The notes under the pieces are model-generated. The model was not told the origin of the DNA. It searched no databases and saw nothing but the letters and a program-made list of their open reading frames with translations. The position numbers and the translations under genes were made by a program. 64,000 nt of DNA from an uncultured delta proteobacterium (GTDB lineage Bacteria; Myxococcota; Myxococcia; Myxococcales; Myxococcaceae): NCBI GenBank assembly GCA_963796055.1, contig CAWCKH010000004.1, positions 1,376,001-1,440,000 of the forward strand, written 5' to 3'. Shown here piece after piece: positions 1 through 11,669 of this stretch. How positions within the stretch are numbered: position 1 is the stretch's first letter; every line of letters begins with the position of its first letter.

Positions 1-321
1 GATGAAGTAGATGCCGTCCTCGGTCTGCCCGTAGTCGATGACCGTGACCGTGTTCGGGTGGCGGAGCTTCGAGGTGAGGCTCGCCTCGAGGAAGAAGCGC
101 CGCTTGAACGCCGGATCCTTCTCCGCGGGGAAGTTGGGGTTGAGGATCTTGAGCGCGACCACCCGGTCGAGCGGCGTCTGCACGGCCTTGTAGACCTTGC
201 CCATCCCTCCGGAGCCGAGCGGGGAAAGGATGCGGAACCGGTCGTTGAGGATGCGTCCGATCAGCGGATCGGTCGCGCCGACGACGGACGGAATCGGGCC
301 TTGGGGATCGCCCTCGAGCAT
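1..321 (-). CDS. Ser/Thr protein kinase (Hanks type), N-terminal part; continues beyond the window start
   Basis: My translation: MLEGDPQG...GRILNDRFRILSPLGSGGMGKVYKAVQTPLDRVVALKILN...RRFFLEASLTSKLRHPNTVTVIDYG. Shows the GxGxxG loop, VAIK-type lysine and HPN motif. An alternative GTG start exists at 369. Confidence 0.9.
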   Translation of the reverse strand, partial: MLEGDPQGPIPSVVGATDPLIGRILNDRFRILSPLGSGGMGKVYKAVQTPLDRVVALKILNPNFPAEKDPAFKRRFFLEASLTSKLRHPNTVTVIDYGQTEDGIYFI

Positions 322-430
322 GCGCACGGGCTCCGGGGAGGAGGTGTCCTGCGCGAGCGATGAAACCACAACTCCGCGCGCTCCCGACAACGGCCCGGAA
401 CGGAAAAACGCTGCCTACATCGGCGCCGAT

Positions 431-970
431 CTAGCTCTGGAGTGCGCGCTTCAGATCGTCGAGCTGAGTGCGCAGCGTTCCATCGTAGACGATCGATCCG
501 ACCTGGGTGCTGACCCCGCCCAGGACGGCCTGGTCCACGCGGGTCTCGAGGACCACCTGCTTCTGCACCACCCGGGACAGGACCTGCTCCAGCTGCCGGA
601 TGGACTCGGGGTCCAGCGCGACGGCGCTCACCACCGTGCCGCGGACGCGCCCCGCCTGTTCGTCCACCATGTCGCGGAGGATCCGGGCGATGTCGGGCAG
701 CATCGCCAGCCGGTGCCGGTCCACCAGCAGGCGGAGGAAGTTGGGGAGCGTGGGGGAACTCGCCTCGAGGATCTGGATCAGCTTGTCGATGACGGCGTGC
801 CGCTGTGCGCGGGAGTAGGCCGGGTTCCGGATGACGTCCGCCAGGTCAGGATTCGACGACATCAGCCCGGCCAGCGCCGTCAGCTGATCGGCGATGCCGG
901 TCGCGGCACCGGGCGCGCTCGCCTCGAGGAGCGCGCGGGCGTAACGGCGGGCGACGGACACGTTCACCAT
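431..970 (-). CDS. atpH: F1 ATP synthase subunit delta
   Basis: VARRYARALLEA N-terminus and VDQAVLGGVSTQVGSIVYDGTLRTQL C-terminus; 179 aa from ATG 970. Confidence 0.93.
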   Translation of the reverse strand: MVNVSVARRYARALLEASAPGAATGIADQLTALAGLMSSNPDLADVIRNPAYSRAQRHAVIDKLIQILEASSPTLPNFLRLLVDRHRLAMLPDIARILRDMVDEQAGRVRGTVVSAVALDPESIRQLEQVLSRVVQKQVVLETRVDQAVLGGVSTQVGSIVYDGTLRTQLDDLKRALQS

Positions 971-1072
971 GACGGACGGGGCGCTTAGCACCCGGCCGCG
1001 GCGCCTCGCAACGTCCATGCGCGCCCTTGCTCCCACCGGCACGCCGCGTGGGACGCTCTCCTCACTTCTCCC

Positions 1073-2962
1073 ATGCGCGAACCGGTGGTGGGCATCGACC
1101 TCGGGACTTCCACGAGCGCCGTGGCCACGGTGGAGAACGGCAAGCCGCGGGTGCTGCCCAACCGGGGCGGCCGCTCGCTCACCCCCTCCCTGGTGGGCTT
1201 CACTCCCGAGGGGAAGCGGGTGGTAGGGGAGGAGGCCCGGCTGCTCGCGGTCTCGCGGCCTGCGGACGTGGCTGCGGCGACCAAGCGCTTCATCGGAAGG
1301 CGGTGGAGCCCGAAGCTGGTCCACGAGGCGCGCACGCTCGTGCCCTACCCGCTGGTGGAGGGCCCGAGCGGTGAGGTGCGGGCGAAGGTCGCCGGCCGCG
1401 TCCTCCCCCTGACGCAGATCGCGGCGATGGTGCTCGGCGAGCTGAAGCTCGACGCCGAGGCGCACTTCGCCCGGCCGGTCCACAAGTGCGTCATCACCGT
1501 GCCGGCCAACTTCGACGACAACCAGCGCGCGGCGACGAAGCAGGCGGCGCAGATCGCCGGGCTGCACGTGCTGCGCATCGTGAACGAGCCCACCGCGGCG
1601 GCGGTGGCCTACGGGCTGACCTCGAAGTTCGAGGGCAAGGCGCTGGTCTTCGACCTCGGCGGCGGCACGTTCGACGTGTCGATCCTCGAGGTCGAATCGG
1701 GCGTGTTCCAGGTGCAGGCCACCGGCGGTGACCCGGTGCTGGGCGGCGAGGACTTCGACGCAGCGGTGGTGCAGTGGCTCCTGGGGCAGCTGCCGCTCCC
1801 GCAGCGGGAGACGGCAGCGCACGACGTGCTCTCCATGCAGCGGCTCAAGATGGCCGCCGAGCAGGCAAAGCGGGAGCTGTCACAGAGCGACGAGGCGGCC
1901 GTCACCGCCTCCGGGCTGGGCGACCACGGTCCGGGCGGGGCGCTGCTGGACCTGGAGGTGGCGCTCACCCGGGCCGAGTTCGAGCGGCTGTCGGAGCCGC
2001 TGGTCACCCGCTGCCTCGAGGTGACCCGGCAGATGATGGAGGAGGCGAAGGCGACCGCGAAGGACATCCAAATCATCCTCCTGGTCGGGGGGATGACCCG
2101 GGTGCCGCTGGTCCGGAAGCGGGTGGCGGAGCTCTTCGGCAAGGCGCCGGTGGTGGGGGTGAACCCGGACGAGGTGGTGGCGCTCGGGGCGGCGGTGCAC
2201 GCCTCTGAGATCGTCGCCCAGGACGGGGAGACACTGCTCATCGACGTGGCCAGCCATTCGCTGGGGGTGGCGGTCTTCGGCGGCGGGGTCCGGAAGGTGG
2301 TGCGGAAGAACACGGCGATCCCGGTGGTGGCGCGCGAGGTGTTCCTGCCCTCGGCCGGTGGGCAGAACAAGGCGCGCATCGTCATCTATCAGGGCGAGTC
2401 GGACCAGGCCGAGGACAACGTGCGGCTGGGCGAGGTGCTGCTCAGCGATCTCCGCGTCAAGCACCGGGCGGACACGCCGCTGGAGGTGACGTTCGAGCTG
2501 TCCAGCGAGGGGACGGTGAGCGTCCGCTGCATGGACCTCACCTCCGGGCTCTCCGAGGCGCTGCGCATCACCCAGCGGACCGAGCTGTCGGCCGAGGAGG
2601 TGAAGGCGCTGCGCGCCGAGCAGGCCGCCTACCACGCCGATCGGGCGGACCCCGAGACGCAGCAGCTGGCTTCGTTCGAGACCCTGCTCGAGCAGGGCGA
2701 CACGCTCCGGCGCGCGCTCGAGGCGGGGGCCCGGCGGAGCGACGACGAGAAGGAGCGCGCGGCGACGGTGAAGCTGGTGGACGAGCTGCGGGCCCTGGTG
2801 CACCTCGGCCGGACCGCGGCGCTGGCGAAGAACCGCGGCCAGATTGGCGAGGTGACGGTGCGCCTGGGGACCCTGGTCGCCGAGGCCACCGCCGCCCGGC
2901 CCGCGTCGGCGGCTTCACATGGCGCGTCGCAGGTCGCCGGCGAGTCGACCGAGGCCGTCTGA
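1073..2962 (+). CDS. Hsp70/DnaK-family protein (non-canonical paralog)
   Basis: [43 protein letters not shown] and [11 protein letters not shown] motifs; the C-terminal lid region is divergent. Confidence 0.92.
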   Translation: MREPVVGIDLGTSTSAVATVENGKPRVLPNRGGRSLTPSLVGFTPEGKRVVGEEARLLAVSRPADVAAATKRFIGRRWSPKLVHEARTLVPYPLVEGPSGEVRAKVAGRVLPLTQIAAMVLGELKLDAEAHFARPVHKCVITVPANFDDNQRAATKQAAQIAGLHVLRIVNEPTAAAVAYGLTSKFEGKALVFDLGGGTFDVSILEVESGVFQVQATGGDPVLGGEDFDAAVVQWLLGQLPLPQRETAAHDVLSMQRLKMAAEQAKRELSQSDEAAVTASGLGDHGPGGALLDLEVALTRAEFERLSEPLVTRCLEVTRQMMEEAKATAKDIQIILLVGGMTRVPLVRKRVAELFGKAPVVGVNPDEVVALGAAVHASEIVAQDGETLLIDVASHSLGVAVFGGGVRKVVRKNTAIPVVAREVFLPSAGGQNKARIVIYQGESDQAEDNVRLGEVLLSDLRVKHRADTPLEVTFELSSEGTVSVRCMDLTSGLSEALRITQRTELSAEEVKALRAEQAAYHADRADPETQQLASFETLLEQGDTLRRALEAGARRSDDEKERAATVKLVDELRALVHLGRTAALAKNRGQIGEVTVRLGTLVAEATAARPASAASHGASQVAGESTEAV

Positions 2963-2972
2963 GTCGAACGGA

Positions 2973-4376
2973 TCAGGAACCCGTGGTGCGCGGTGGCGCG
3001 CCCTCGACCGATCCGGTCGCGGCGCTCTCGGGCTCCGCCTCCACCCCCCGCTCCGGACTCTCCAGCAGCTTGTAGAGCGTCTTGCGGTCCACCTCGAGCA
3101 GCCGCGCGGCCTCGCTCTTGTTCCCTCCCACCATCGCCAGCACGTGCTGGGCGTAGCGGCGGTTCAGCTCGGCCAGGGACGGCATGTCCGCAGCCAGGCC
3201 GGCCAGCTTCTTCGGCGCATCGCCGATCGGCGCGGGGAAGTCCGCCGGACCGAGCACCCCGGTGGTGTTCAGCGCCAGCGCCCGGGCCACCACGTTCTCC
3301 AGCTGCCGCACGTTGCCCGGCCAGTCGTAGGCCAGCAGGCGTGACATCGCCTCCTCGGTCACCACCGGGCGCGCCCCGCCCCGGGCGTGGAGGGCGGCGA
3401 AGTGCTCCACCAGCGCCGGGACGTCCTCGCGCCGCTCGCGCAGGGGCGGAAGGTGCAGGTGCACGACGTCGAGACGGTACAGGAGATCCTCCCGGAACTT
3501 CCCCTCGGCCACCCGCTGCTTGAGGTCCTTGTTGGTCGCCGCGACCACCCGGACGTCGACCTTGATCGGCGTGCTCTCGCCCACCCGCCGGATCTCGCCC
3601 TCCTGGAGCGCGCGCAGCAGCTGGCTCTGGATCTTCGGCCCGATGTCACCGATCTCGTCGAGGAACATCGTGCCGCCGGTCGCCTCCTCGAACAGGCCGC
3701 GCCGGGCGCCCGAGGCACCGGTGAACGCGCCCCGGGCGTGCCCGAACAGCTCGCTCTCCATCAGGGACTCGGCGATGGCGCCGCAGTCCACCGCCACGAA
3801 GCGGCCGGCGCTCCGGGGAGAGCGCTGGTGGAGGCTCCGTGCCACCTGCTCCTTCCCGGTTCCAGTCTCCCCGGTGATGAGCACCGGCACGTTGGTCGCC
3901 GCGGCGCGCGCCACCTGCTTGTAGACCTCGAGGATGGCCGCGCTCCGGCCGACCAGCTCCTGTTGCTTCACCCGCGCGCGCAGGCTCTTGTTCTCCTCGA
4001 CCAGCCGCCGCTGCTCGAGCGCCCGCCGCACCACCCGGACGATGGCGTCCACGTCGAACGGCTTGGCCAGGTAGTCGAAGGCGCCCTTCTGGATGGTGTC
4101 CAGCGCCCCCTCGATGTTCCCGAAGGCGGTGAGGACGATGACCGGCGTGTCCGGGTTCCTGGCCAGCGCGGCGCGCAGGACTCGAAGCCCGTCGTCCGGG
4201 TCCGGCATCGCCATGTCGGTGAGAACCACGTCCACCGGGGCGCTCCCCTTGAGCAGCTCCTCGGCGGCGGGGGCGGACGCCGCCTCGGACACCTGCCCCA
4301 GCGGGCCGAGGAGCCGCCGCAGCAATCCCCGCGCGTGCGGGTCGTCGTCGACGACCAGGATCCCGGGCAGGCTCAT
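2973..4376 (-). CDS. Sigma54-dependent response regulator (REC-AAA+-Fis HTH; NtrC/AtoC family)
   Basis: Receiver VVDDD...TDMAMP, Walker A GETGTGKE, ESELFGH, GAFTGA, FLDEIG, WPGNVRQL and HTH GNKSEAARLL. Confidence 0.96.
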   Translation of the reverse strand: MSLPGILVVDDDPHARGLLRRLLGPLGQVSEAASAPAAEELLKGSAPVDVVLTDMAMPDPDDGLRVLRAALARNPDTPVIVLTAFGNIEGALDTIQKGAFDYLAKPFDVDAIVRVVRRALEQRRLVEENKSLRARVKQQELVGRSAAILEVYKQVARAAATNVPVLITGETGTGKEQVARSLHQRSPRSAGRFVAVDCGAIAESLMESELFGHARGAFTGASGARRGLFEEATGGTMFLDEIGDIGPKIQSQLLRALQEGEIRRVGESTPIKVDVRVVAATNKDLKQRVAEGKFREDLLYRLDVVHLHLPPLRERREDVPALVEHFAALHARGGARPVVTEEAMSRLLAYDWPGNVRQLENVVARALALNTTGVLGPADFPAPIGDAPKKLAGLAADMPSLAELNRRYAQHVLAMVGGNKSEAARLLEVDRKTLYKLLESPERGVEAEPESAATGSVEGAPPRTTGS

Positions 4377-5803
4377 CGCACCGACGCCAGCTCACCGGCC
4401 ACGGGCTGCGGGACCCGGGTGGCCGTCCCCGCGTCGGCCATGGGGCGATCGACATGAGGGAACCGCACCGTGGCGGTGGTGCCGCTCCCCGGTACGCTGC
4501 GGATGCGCAGCGACCCGCCGTGCGCATCCACCAGCCGCTTGGTGGTCGCCAGCCCCAGCCCCTGCCCCGGCAGCCGGCGCGCCTCGGGAGCCCGGAAGAA
4601 CGGCTGGTAAACCCGCGCCAGCACCGCCTCGGACATCCCGGGCCCGTTGTCGGTCACCTCGAGCACTGCCTCCGCGCCCTCGCGCCCGGCATAGACGACC
4701 ACCCGCGCACCCGGTCGCCCCGCGGAGTACTTCACCGCGTTGGAGATGAGGTTCTGGGCGATCGACTGCACCAGCTGCGCCGGGACGTCCACGCCCACTT
4801 GCGGCGCGAGCTTCCGCTCGATGACCACGCCGTTGAGCGCCGCCACCTGGTCCTGCTCGAGGAGGATGGCGCTCACCGCGGTGTCCAGCTCGCACGGAGG
4901 CCCCTCGCTGCGCTTGCCGGCGCGGCAGAATCGGAGAAGCGCCTCCACCAGCTCGGCCATCCGGGTGGCGCTGGCCTCGCCTTCGGCGAGCATCTCCTTC
5001 ACGTCCGGGTCGGTGACTGACTCGGATCGGCGGATCAGCGTCAGGTAGCCACGGAGCGGGCTGAGGGGCGAGACCAGGTCGTGCGCCACGCGGCTGGCGA
5101 AGGAGTCCAGCTCGTGGTTGCGCCGGTCGAGCTCCGCCAGCTGTTCCTGGATGGTGTGCTCCTGCCGGCGGAGCACCCGGACCATCGAGGTGCCCACCGC
5201 GACCGCCAGCGCAACGGCCGAGAGCGCAACCAGCGCGCCAACGAAGGTGGTCTTGGTCCGGAGGCTCTCGCGCTGGTGGAGGAGCGCGCGGGTCTCCTGG
5301 GCGTCCTTGTGGGCCAGCTCGCCAGCGAGCGCGTTCAGCTGCTCGGCGATGGGGCGCAGCTCGGCCTCCAGGTGCTGGCGGGCCCGCTCGGCCTCGCGGC
5401 GGTTGCTGAAGCGCAGGGCCACCCGCGCGGACTGGGCGAGCGCGCGGGCGGTCTCGTCGAATCGCTTCCACAGCTCCTTCTCCCCCTCTGGCAGCCCCTG
5501 GGTGTACGCGAGCCGCGCCTCCTTGGCGTCGGCGAGCGTCTCCTCCATGCGCCCGTCGGCCAGCTGTCGCGCGTCGTCGTTGGTGGCCCGGATGTGGTCG
5601 TCGACCGTGTTCTCCAGGACCGCGGCGTCCACGCGGATGCGGGCGATCAGCGCTTCCCGCTCGAGCGCCGCGCCGAACAGCTCGTCGATGCGCGCGTTGG
5701 TCCGCAGCTCGTTCCAGAGCGTGAACGCGGTCACCGCGGCCAGCAGGCCCACGACGAAGAAGAACGCCGCGCGGTAGCGGCGAAACGACAGCGGTCCATT
5801 CAC
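4373..5803 (-). CDS. Membrane sensor histidine kinase
   Basis: Two TM segments flank a helical periplasmic domain; H-box VAHDLVSPL, NLISNAVKY, DNGPG, GQGLGL; 4-nt overlap with the regulator. Confidence 0.93.
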   Translation of the reverse strand: MNGPLSFRRYRAAFFFVVGLLAAVTAFTLWNELRTNARIDELFGAALEREALIARIRVDAAVLENTVDDHIRATNDDARQLADGRMEETLADAKEARLAYTQGLPEGEKELWKRFDETARALAQSARVALRFSNRREAERARQHLEAELRPIAEQLNALAGELAHKDAQETRALLHQRESLRTKTTFVGALVALSAVALAVAVGTSMVRVLRRQEHTIQEQLAELDRRNHELDSFASRVAHDLVSPLSPLRGYLTLIRRSESVTDPDVKEMLAEGEASATRMAELVEALLRFCRAGKRSEGPPCELDTAVSAILLEQDQVAALNGVVIERKLAPQVGVDVPAQLVQSIAQNLISNAVKYSAGRPGARVVVYAGREGAEAVLEVTDNGPGMSEAVLARVYQPFFRAPEARRLPGQGLGLATTKRLVDAHGGSLRIRSVPGSGTTATVRFPHVDRPMADAGTATRVPQPVAGELASVR

Positions 5804-5877
5804 GACGGGGGCGGCATCCTCTCATGGCCCCGGGGGCGTCCCGGGCTGTGGTTCCAAGGCGACTGTAACCCGACCGG

Positions 5878-5927
5878 TGGGGAAAAACTCCCCAATCCCC
5901 CACGGGAGGCTGCGGAGTACTTCCCCA
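5878..5927. promoter_or_regulatory. Two palindromic sites TGnGGA-N5-TCCCCA; candidate enhancer (UAS) for a sigma54 activator
   Basis: TGGGGA-AAAAC-TCCCCA at 5878-5894 and TGCGGA-GTACT-TCCCCA at 5911-5927, 33 bp apart, upstream of a -24/-12 promoter. Confidence 0.6.
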
Positions 5928-5969
5928 GTCGAACAGCGCTCTGCCTCCCAGCCATGCCATTGCGCCTTG

Positions 5970-5985
5970 TGGCACGGCAGGTGCT
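5970..5985 (+). promoter_or_regulatory. Sigma54 (-24/-12) promoter
   Basis: TGGCACGGCAGGTGCT, exact GG-N10-GC spacing, about 45 nt before ATG 6030, which has an AAGGAG RBS. Confidence 0.75.
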
Positions 5986-6029
5986 CTTGCCTCGCCCCCG
6001 CTGTTCCAAACCCTCAAGGAGCACATTCC

Positions 6030-6206
6030 ATGAAGAAGCTGATCGCCGCCCTCGTCCTCGCCACCTCGTTCGCAGCCCTGGCCGATGACGCTGCCAAGAC
6101 CGCTGCCCCGGCGAAGACCGAGAAGAAGAGCGAGAAGAAGACGGAGACCAAGACGGAGACCGCGAAGCCGGCTCCGGCGGCCGAGAAGGCTCCCGAGAAG
6201 AAGTAA
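6030..6206 (+). CDS. Small secreted Lys/Ala/Thr-rich peptide (58 aa), paralog 1
   Basis: MKKLIAALVLATSFAALA Sec-type signal followed by DDAAKTAAPAKTEKKSEKKTETKTETAKPAPAAEKAPEKK; RBS AAGGAG. Confidence 0.85.
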   Translation: MKKLIAALVLATSFAALADDAAKTAAPAKTEKKSEKKTETKTETAKPAPAAEKAPEKK

Positions 6207-6266
6207 GCGCTTTCGCAGCCTTGTTGCACCGGCGGGGTGGGTCTGGCGAAAGCCGGCTCATCCCGC

Positions 6267-6282
6267 TGGCACGTTCAGTGCT
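6267..6282 (+). promoter_or_regulatory. Sigma54 (-24/-12) promoter
   Basis: TGGCACGTTCAGTGCT with GG-N10-GC spacing, upstream of paralog 2. Confidence 0.72.
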
Positions 6283-6346
6283 GTGATTCGGCTCGACGCA
6301 GCATCTCGCTGCCGTCCTGACGTCTCCCGCAGGAGTCTCGACAACC

Positions 6347-6520
6347 ATGAAGAAGCTGATTGCCGCGCTGGTCCTCGCCACCTCGTTCGCCGCTCTCGCC
6401 GACGACGCTGCCAAGATGGACGCCCCCAAGGCCGACAAGAAGCACGCCAAGAAGGCGAAGAAGTCGTCCAAGGAGGCCCCGGCCGCCGAGAAGGCCGCCG
6501 AGCCGGCTCCCGCGAAGTAA
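6347..6520 (+). CDS. Small secreted Lys/Ala-rich peptide (57 aa), paralog 2
   Basis: MKKLIAALVLATSFAALADDAAKMDAPKADKKHAKKAKKSSKEAPAAEKAAEPAPAK; RBS AGGAG; not listed in the ORF track on this strand. Confidence 0.85.
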   Translation: MKKLIAALVLATSFAALADDAAKMDAPKADKKHAKKAKKSSKEAPAAEKAAEPAPAK

Positions 6521-6599
6521 GCCGTTCGCAGTTCGAAGAAAACGATTGGGGCGTGTTGCACGCGTGAAGCGCGTGCGGCGCGCCCCGTCGCCGTTTCCG

Positions 6600-6902
6600 T
6601 CAGGGCAGGTCGAGGTCGATGGGCCGGCCAACGATGAGGTCGTCATCGACGTCGACCGGTTCCGGCTCACCGTCGGTGGTCGTCTCGTCGAAGCGCACCA
6701 CCCTGTCCGGCTGGAGGTCCGGGGCGCCGTCGGGCTCCTCCTCGAGGTCTGGTGCCGTCCCGAGGTCGTCGTCGTCGACGTCGAAGCGGTCCCCCTCGAC
6801 GTTCTTCGGGTCCAGCTCGGCGTCGCTCATCAGCTGGGCCTCGTGGGTCTGTTCTCCGTCCACCGGGAGGTCTCCCAGGACGTCCTGCGGGGGGGTGGCC
6901 AT
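6600..6902 (-). CDS. Small highly acidic hypothetical protein (100 aa)
   Basis: MATPPQDVLGD...IDLDLP with 33 D/E residues; codon usage typical of the genome. Confidence 0.7.
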   Translation of the reverse strand: MATPPQDVLGDLPVDGEQTHEAQLMSDAELDPKNVEGDRFDVDDDDLGTAPDLEEEPDGAPDLQPDRVVRFDETTTDGEPEPVDVDDDLIVGRPIDLDLP

Positions 6903-6943
6903 GGTGCCGCGGAAGGTGGGCCGCGGGCCGTGGCTGGACAAGG

Positions 6944-7552
6944 TCAGCCGGCCAGGGGGCTGGCGGCCGGGAGCGGCGGCCTGGGGTGCACCCAGGCGTC
7001 CACCACCGCGAGCGGCCGGGCCAGCAGCTCCCGCCATACGTAGAGGGCGCGCCACCGCCCTCCGCCCGCCCGCACCCCCACCGCGTCGATCCCCGCCGCG
7101 CGGGCGAGGAACACCGCCCGGGGCAGATGGAACGCCTGGGTGACCAGGACGGCCCGCTGCACGCCGAACACGCCCCGGGCCCGCCAGCAGCTGTCGAAGG
7201 TCGAGACGCCCTCCAGGTCCACCGAGATGGCGCGCTCGGGCACGCCGCCCTTCGTGAGGTACCGGCGCATCGAGCGGATCTCGTCGTGGTACGGGTCGGC
7301 GTTGCCGGTGAGGAGCAACCGCTCCACCCGCCCGTTTCGCCACAGCAACAGGGCCGTCTCCAGCCGTTCCGCGAGGATGGGTGACGGCTCTCCGCCCGGG
7401 GCGAGCCCCGCCCCGAAGACGATGGCCCAGGGCACCGCCGGCGCGGCCTCCGGCGTCACGACGTGGCGCCTGCTGGCCAGCTCGATGTACGTGGTCGGTG
7501 CCGTCGCGGCCGCGAGCAGCAGGACGAATGCGAGAGCCACCGTTCTTCTCAT
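6944..7552 (-). CDS. SanA/YdcF (DUF218) family membrane-anchored protein
   Basis: N-terminal [49 protein letters not shown] and RELLAR motifs. Confidence 0.85.
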   Translation of the reverse strand: MRRTVALAFVLLLAAATAPTTYIELASRRHVVTPEAAPAVPWAIVFGAGLAPGGEPSPILAERLETALLLWRNGRVERLLLTGNADPYHDEIRSMRRYLTKGGVPERAISVDLEGVSTFDSCWRARGVFGVQRAVLVTQAFHLPRAVFLARAAGIDAVGVRAGGGRWRALYVWRELLARPLAVVDAWVHPRPPLPAASPLAG

Positions 7553-7630
7553 GCGGCGCAGGGGCCCCTCCGGAGTGCACGGTGGTTGATTCTGCGGCCA
7601 CCGGGCTGTAAGGGGCCCCCCCGACCTCCC

Positions 7631-9992
<2,362 letters not shown>

Positions 9993-10011
9993 TCGCCCCG
10001 TTCCACCCCGC

Positions 10012-10620
10012 GTGCCCGTGAGGACTGGCCGGTGCGAGACCTCGCTGCTCCTGCTCCTTCAGGCGGTGCTGGCCGCGCGCGCGGCCGCCGAGGAGTCCGC
10101 GCAGAGCCGGTCCCGCGCCTCGTCGAACGCCGAGTACGGGATCGTGATGCGCGAGGAGGGCGAGGGGAAATGCCGGGTGGAGGTGACCCGCGACACCGAC
10201 GTCGCCTGGACGCTGCCCCGCTGCGTGGGCACGGTGGACGACCAGTACTTCGTCAGCAATTCGGGCGAGCGGTTCTGGGTTCTCGCCGCGCTGCCCAGGT
10301 CGCTGCCGCGACCGGCGGGCTCCGCCCCGGTGGGCGAGGCGCAGAAGCGGGCGGCGAGGAAGAAGCCGCCCTTCGACGCCTACGGACCGGTGGTGGTGGC
10401 GGTGCTGTACGATCGACTGGGGAACACCCTCTCCGAGCGGAAGCTCTCCGAGGTCTTGCCAAGGAGCGCGCACCGCAAGCTGCGGCTGCTGGACCGGCGC
10501 TTCGTCTGGCTCGAGGGCGTGCTCGGCGTTCCGGGCAAGGAGCCGCGGGTGAACGACCGGAACCAGGTGGAGTTCGAGACCGTCGAGCCGCGGACCTGGC
10601 GGCTGGACTTCCAGGAGTGA
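10012..10620 (+). CDS. Hypothetical exported protein between atpD and atpC
   Basis: The ORF fills the gap exactly; hydrophobic signal-like segment ending AAA; start uncertain. Confidence 0.7.
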   Translation: MPVRTGRCETSLLLLLQAVLAARAAAEESAQSRSRASSNAEYGIVMREEGEGKCRVEVTRDTDVAWTLPRCVGTVDDQYFVSNSGERFWVLAALPRSLPRPAGSAPVGEAQKRAARKKPPFDAYGPVVVAVLYDRLGNTLSERKLSEVLPRSAHRKLRLLDRRFVWLEGVLGVPGKEPRVNDRNQVEFETVEPRTWRLDFQE

Positions 10621-10627
10621 GTACCCG

Positions 10628-11038
10628 ATGGCCAAGCTGAACGTCGACATCGTCACCCCCGAGCGGAGGCTGATCTCCACGCACGCCGACGAGGTGGTGG
10701 CGCCCGCGGCCGAGGGCCTCTACGGCGTCCGGCCCGGACACAGCCCCTTCCTCTCCAGCCTGTCGCCGGGCCCGCTGACCGTGCGCGACGGAAGCAACAC
10801 CCAGGCCTGGTTCGTCGCCGGGGGCTTCGTCGAGGTGCAGAACGACACGGTGCTGGTCCTGGCGGACCACGCCGAGCCTGCCGCCTCGATCGATCTCGAG
10901 GGGGCCACCACCGCGCTGCGCGAGGCGGAGCAGCGGCTGGCCGCCCTGGGTCCCGGCGATCCGAAGACTGCGGCCGAGACCGCCCGCGTGCAGCGCGAGC
11001 GCGCCCGGGTGGCGGCGGCGCGTGCCGGCGGACGCTGA
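10628..11038 (+). CDS. atpC: F1 ATP synthase subunit epsilon
   Basis: LNVDIVTPER, EGLYGVRPGHSP, VAGGFVEV, VLVLAD. Confidence 0.96.
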   Translation: MAKLNVDIVTPERRLISTHADEVVAPAAEGLYGVRPGHSPFLSSLSPGPLTVRDGSNTQAWFVAGGFVEVQNDTVLVLADHAEPAASIDLEGATTALREAEQRLAALGPGDPKTAAETARVQRERARVAAARAGGR

Positions 11039-11288
11039 CCTCCCGCCTCTCGAGCTGTTCCACCGGCTCGAGGAGCCCCGCTCGGCGAGGGTCCGGCGGT
11101 GGGTGGTGGACCACGGCCTGCTCGAGGCCGTGCGGTTCCGGAACGTCGTCTTCCCGGAGGCGGCCGCCGACTTCGCCGGCCACGGGGGAAGCGAGACGCC
11201 CGCGCTCTGGGACGGGCAGCGACTCTTCACCGGCGCCGAGCTGGTCATTGCCCGGCTGCAGGCGGTGCTCGACATCGGTCGGTCGTGA
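11022..11288 (+). CDS. Small glutaredoxin-fold-like hypothetical protein (no CxxC)
   Basis: LFH...SARVRRWV...GGSETPALWDG..LFTGAELVIARL pattern; 17-nt overlap with atpC. Confidence 0.6.
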   Translation: MPADADLPPLELFHRLEEPRSARVRRWVVDHGLLEAVRFRNVVFPEAAADFAGHGGSETPALWDGQRLFTGAELVIARLQAVLDIGRS

Positions 11289-11408
11289 GCCGACCCGTGG
11301 GCTCGTCGGCGGTATGACCCGTGGCGGCCGGGGCTCGGGTTCCTCGTAGCACCGCCGGCGGTTGCCTCTGTCGCGGGGCGAACGTGGCCCGGGCGCTCCC
11401 GGAGGGCG

Positions 11409-11663
11409 ATGCACCTCGTGCCGGGTGACCCCATCTTCGCCGGCTGGGCGCCCGGAGGCGCCTTCGCACCGTGGCGCCTCGCCGAGCGACGGGTGGAGGT
11501 CTTCCGCCGGGCCTGGGAGAACCCGGACCGGCCCGCGACCCGGGCGGAGGACGTCCCGCGGCCCCTGGGCATCCTGCTCGGTCTGCTGAAGGTCGCGGTG
11601 CTCGCCGGCGGCGCCCAGCTCGTCTGGCGCACGGCGCAACGGGCTTTTCCCGCCGGGTCCTGA
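11409..11663 (+). CDS. Small hypothetical membrane protein
   Basis: GGAGG RBS before the ATG; C-terminal hydrophobic helix. Confidence 0.45.
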   Translation: MHLVPGDPIFAGWAPGGAFAPWRLAERRVEVFRRAWENPDRPATRAEDVPRPLGILLGLLKVAVLAGGAQLVWRTAQRAFPAGS

Positions 11664-11669
11664 GGTGGG

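Noticed and set aside
6030..6520. Tandem peptides as RiPP precursors (conserved leader, variable core)
   Set aside because: The leader is a typical Sec signal, the cores have no Cys, and no modifying enzymes or dedicated exporter lie nearby.
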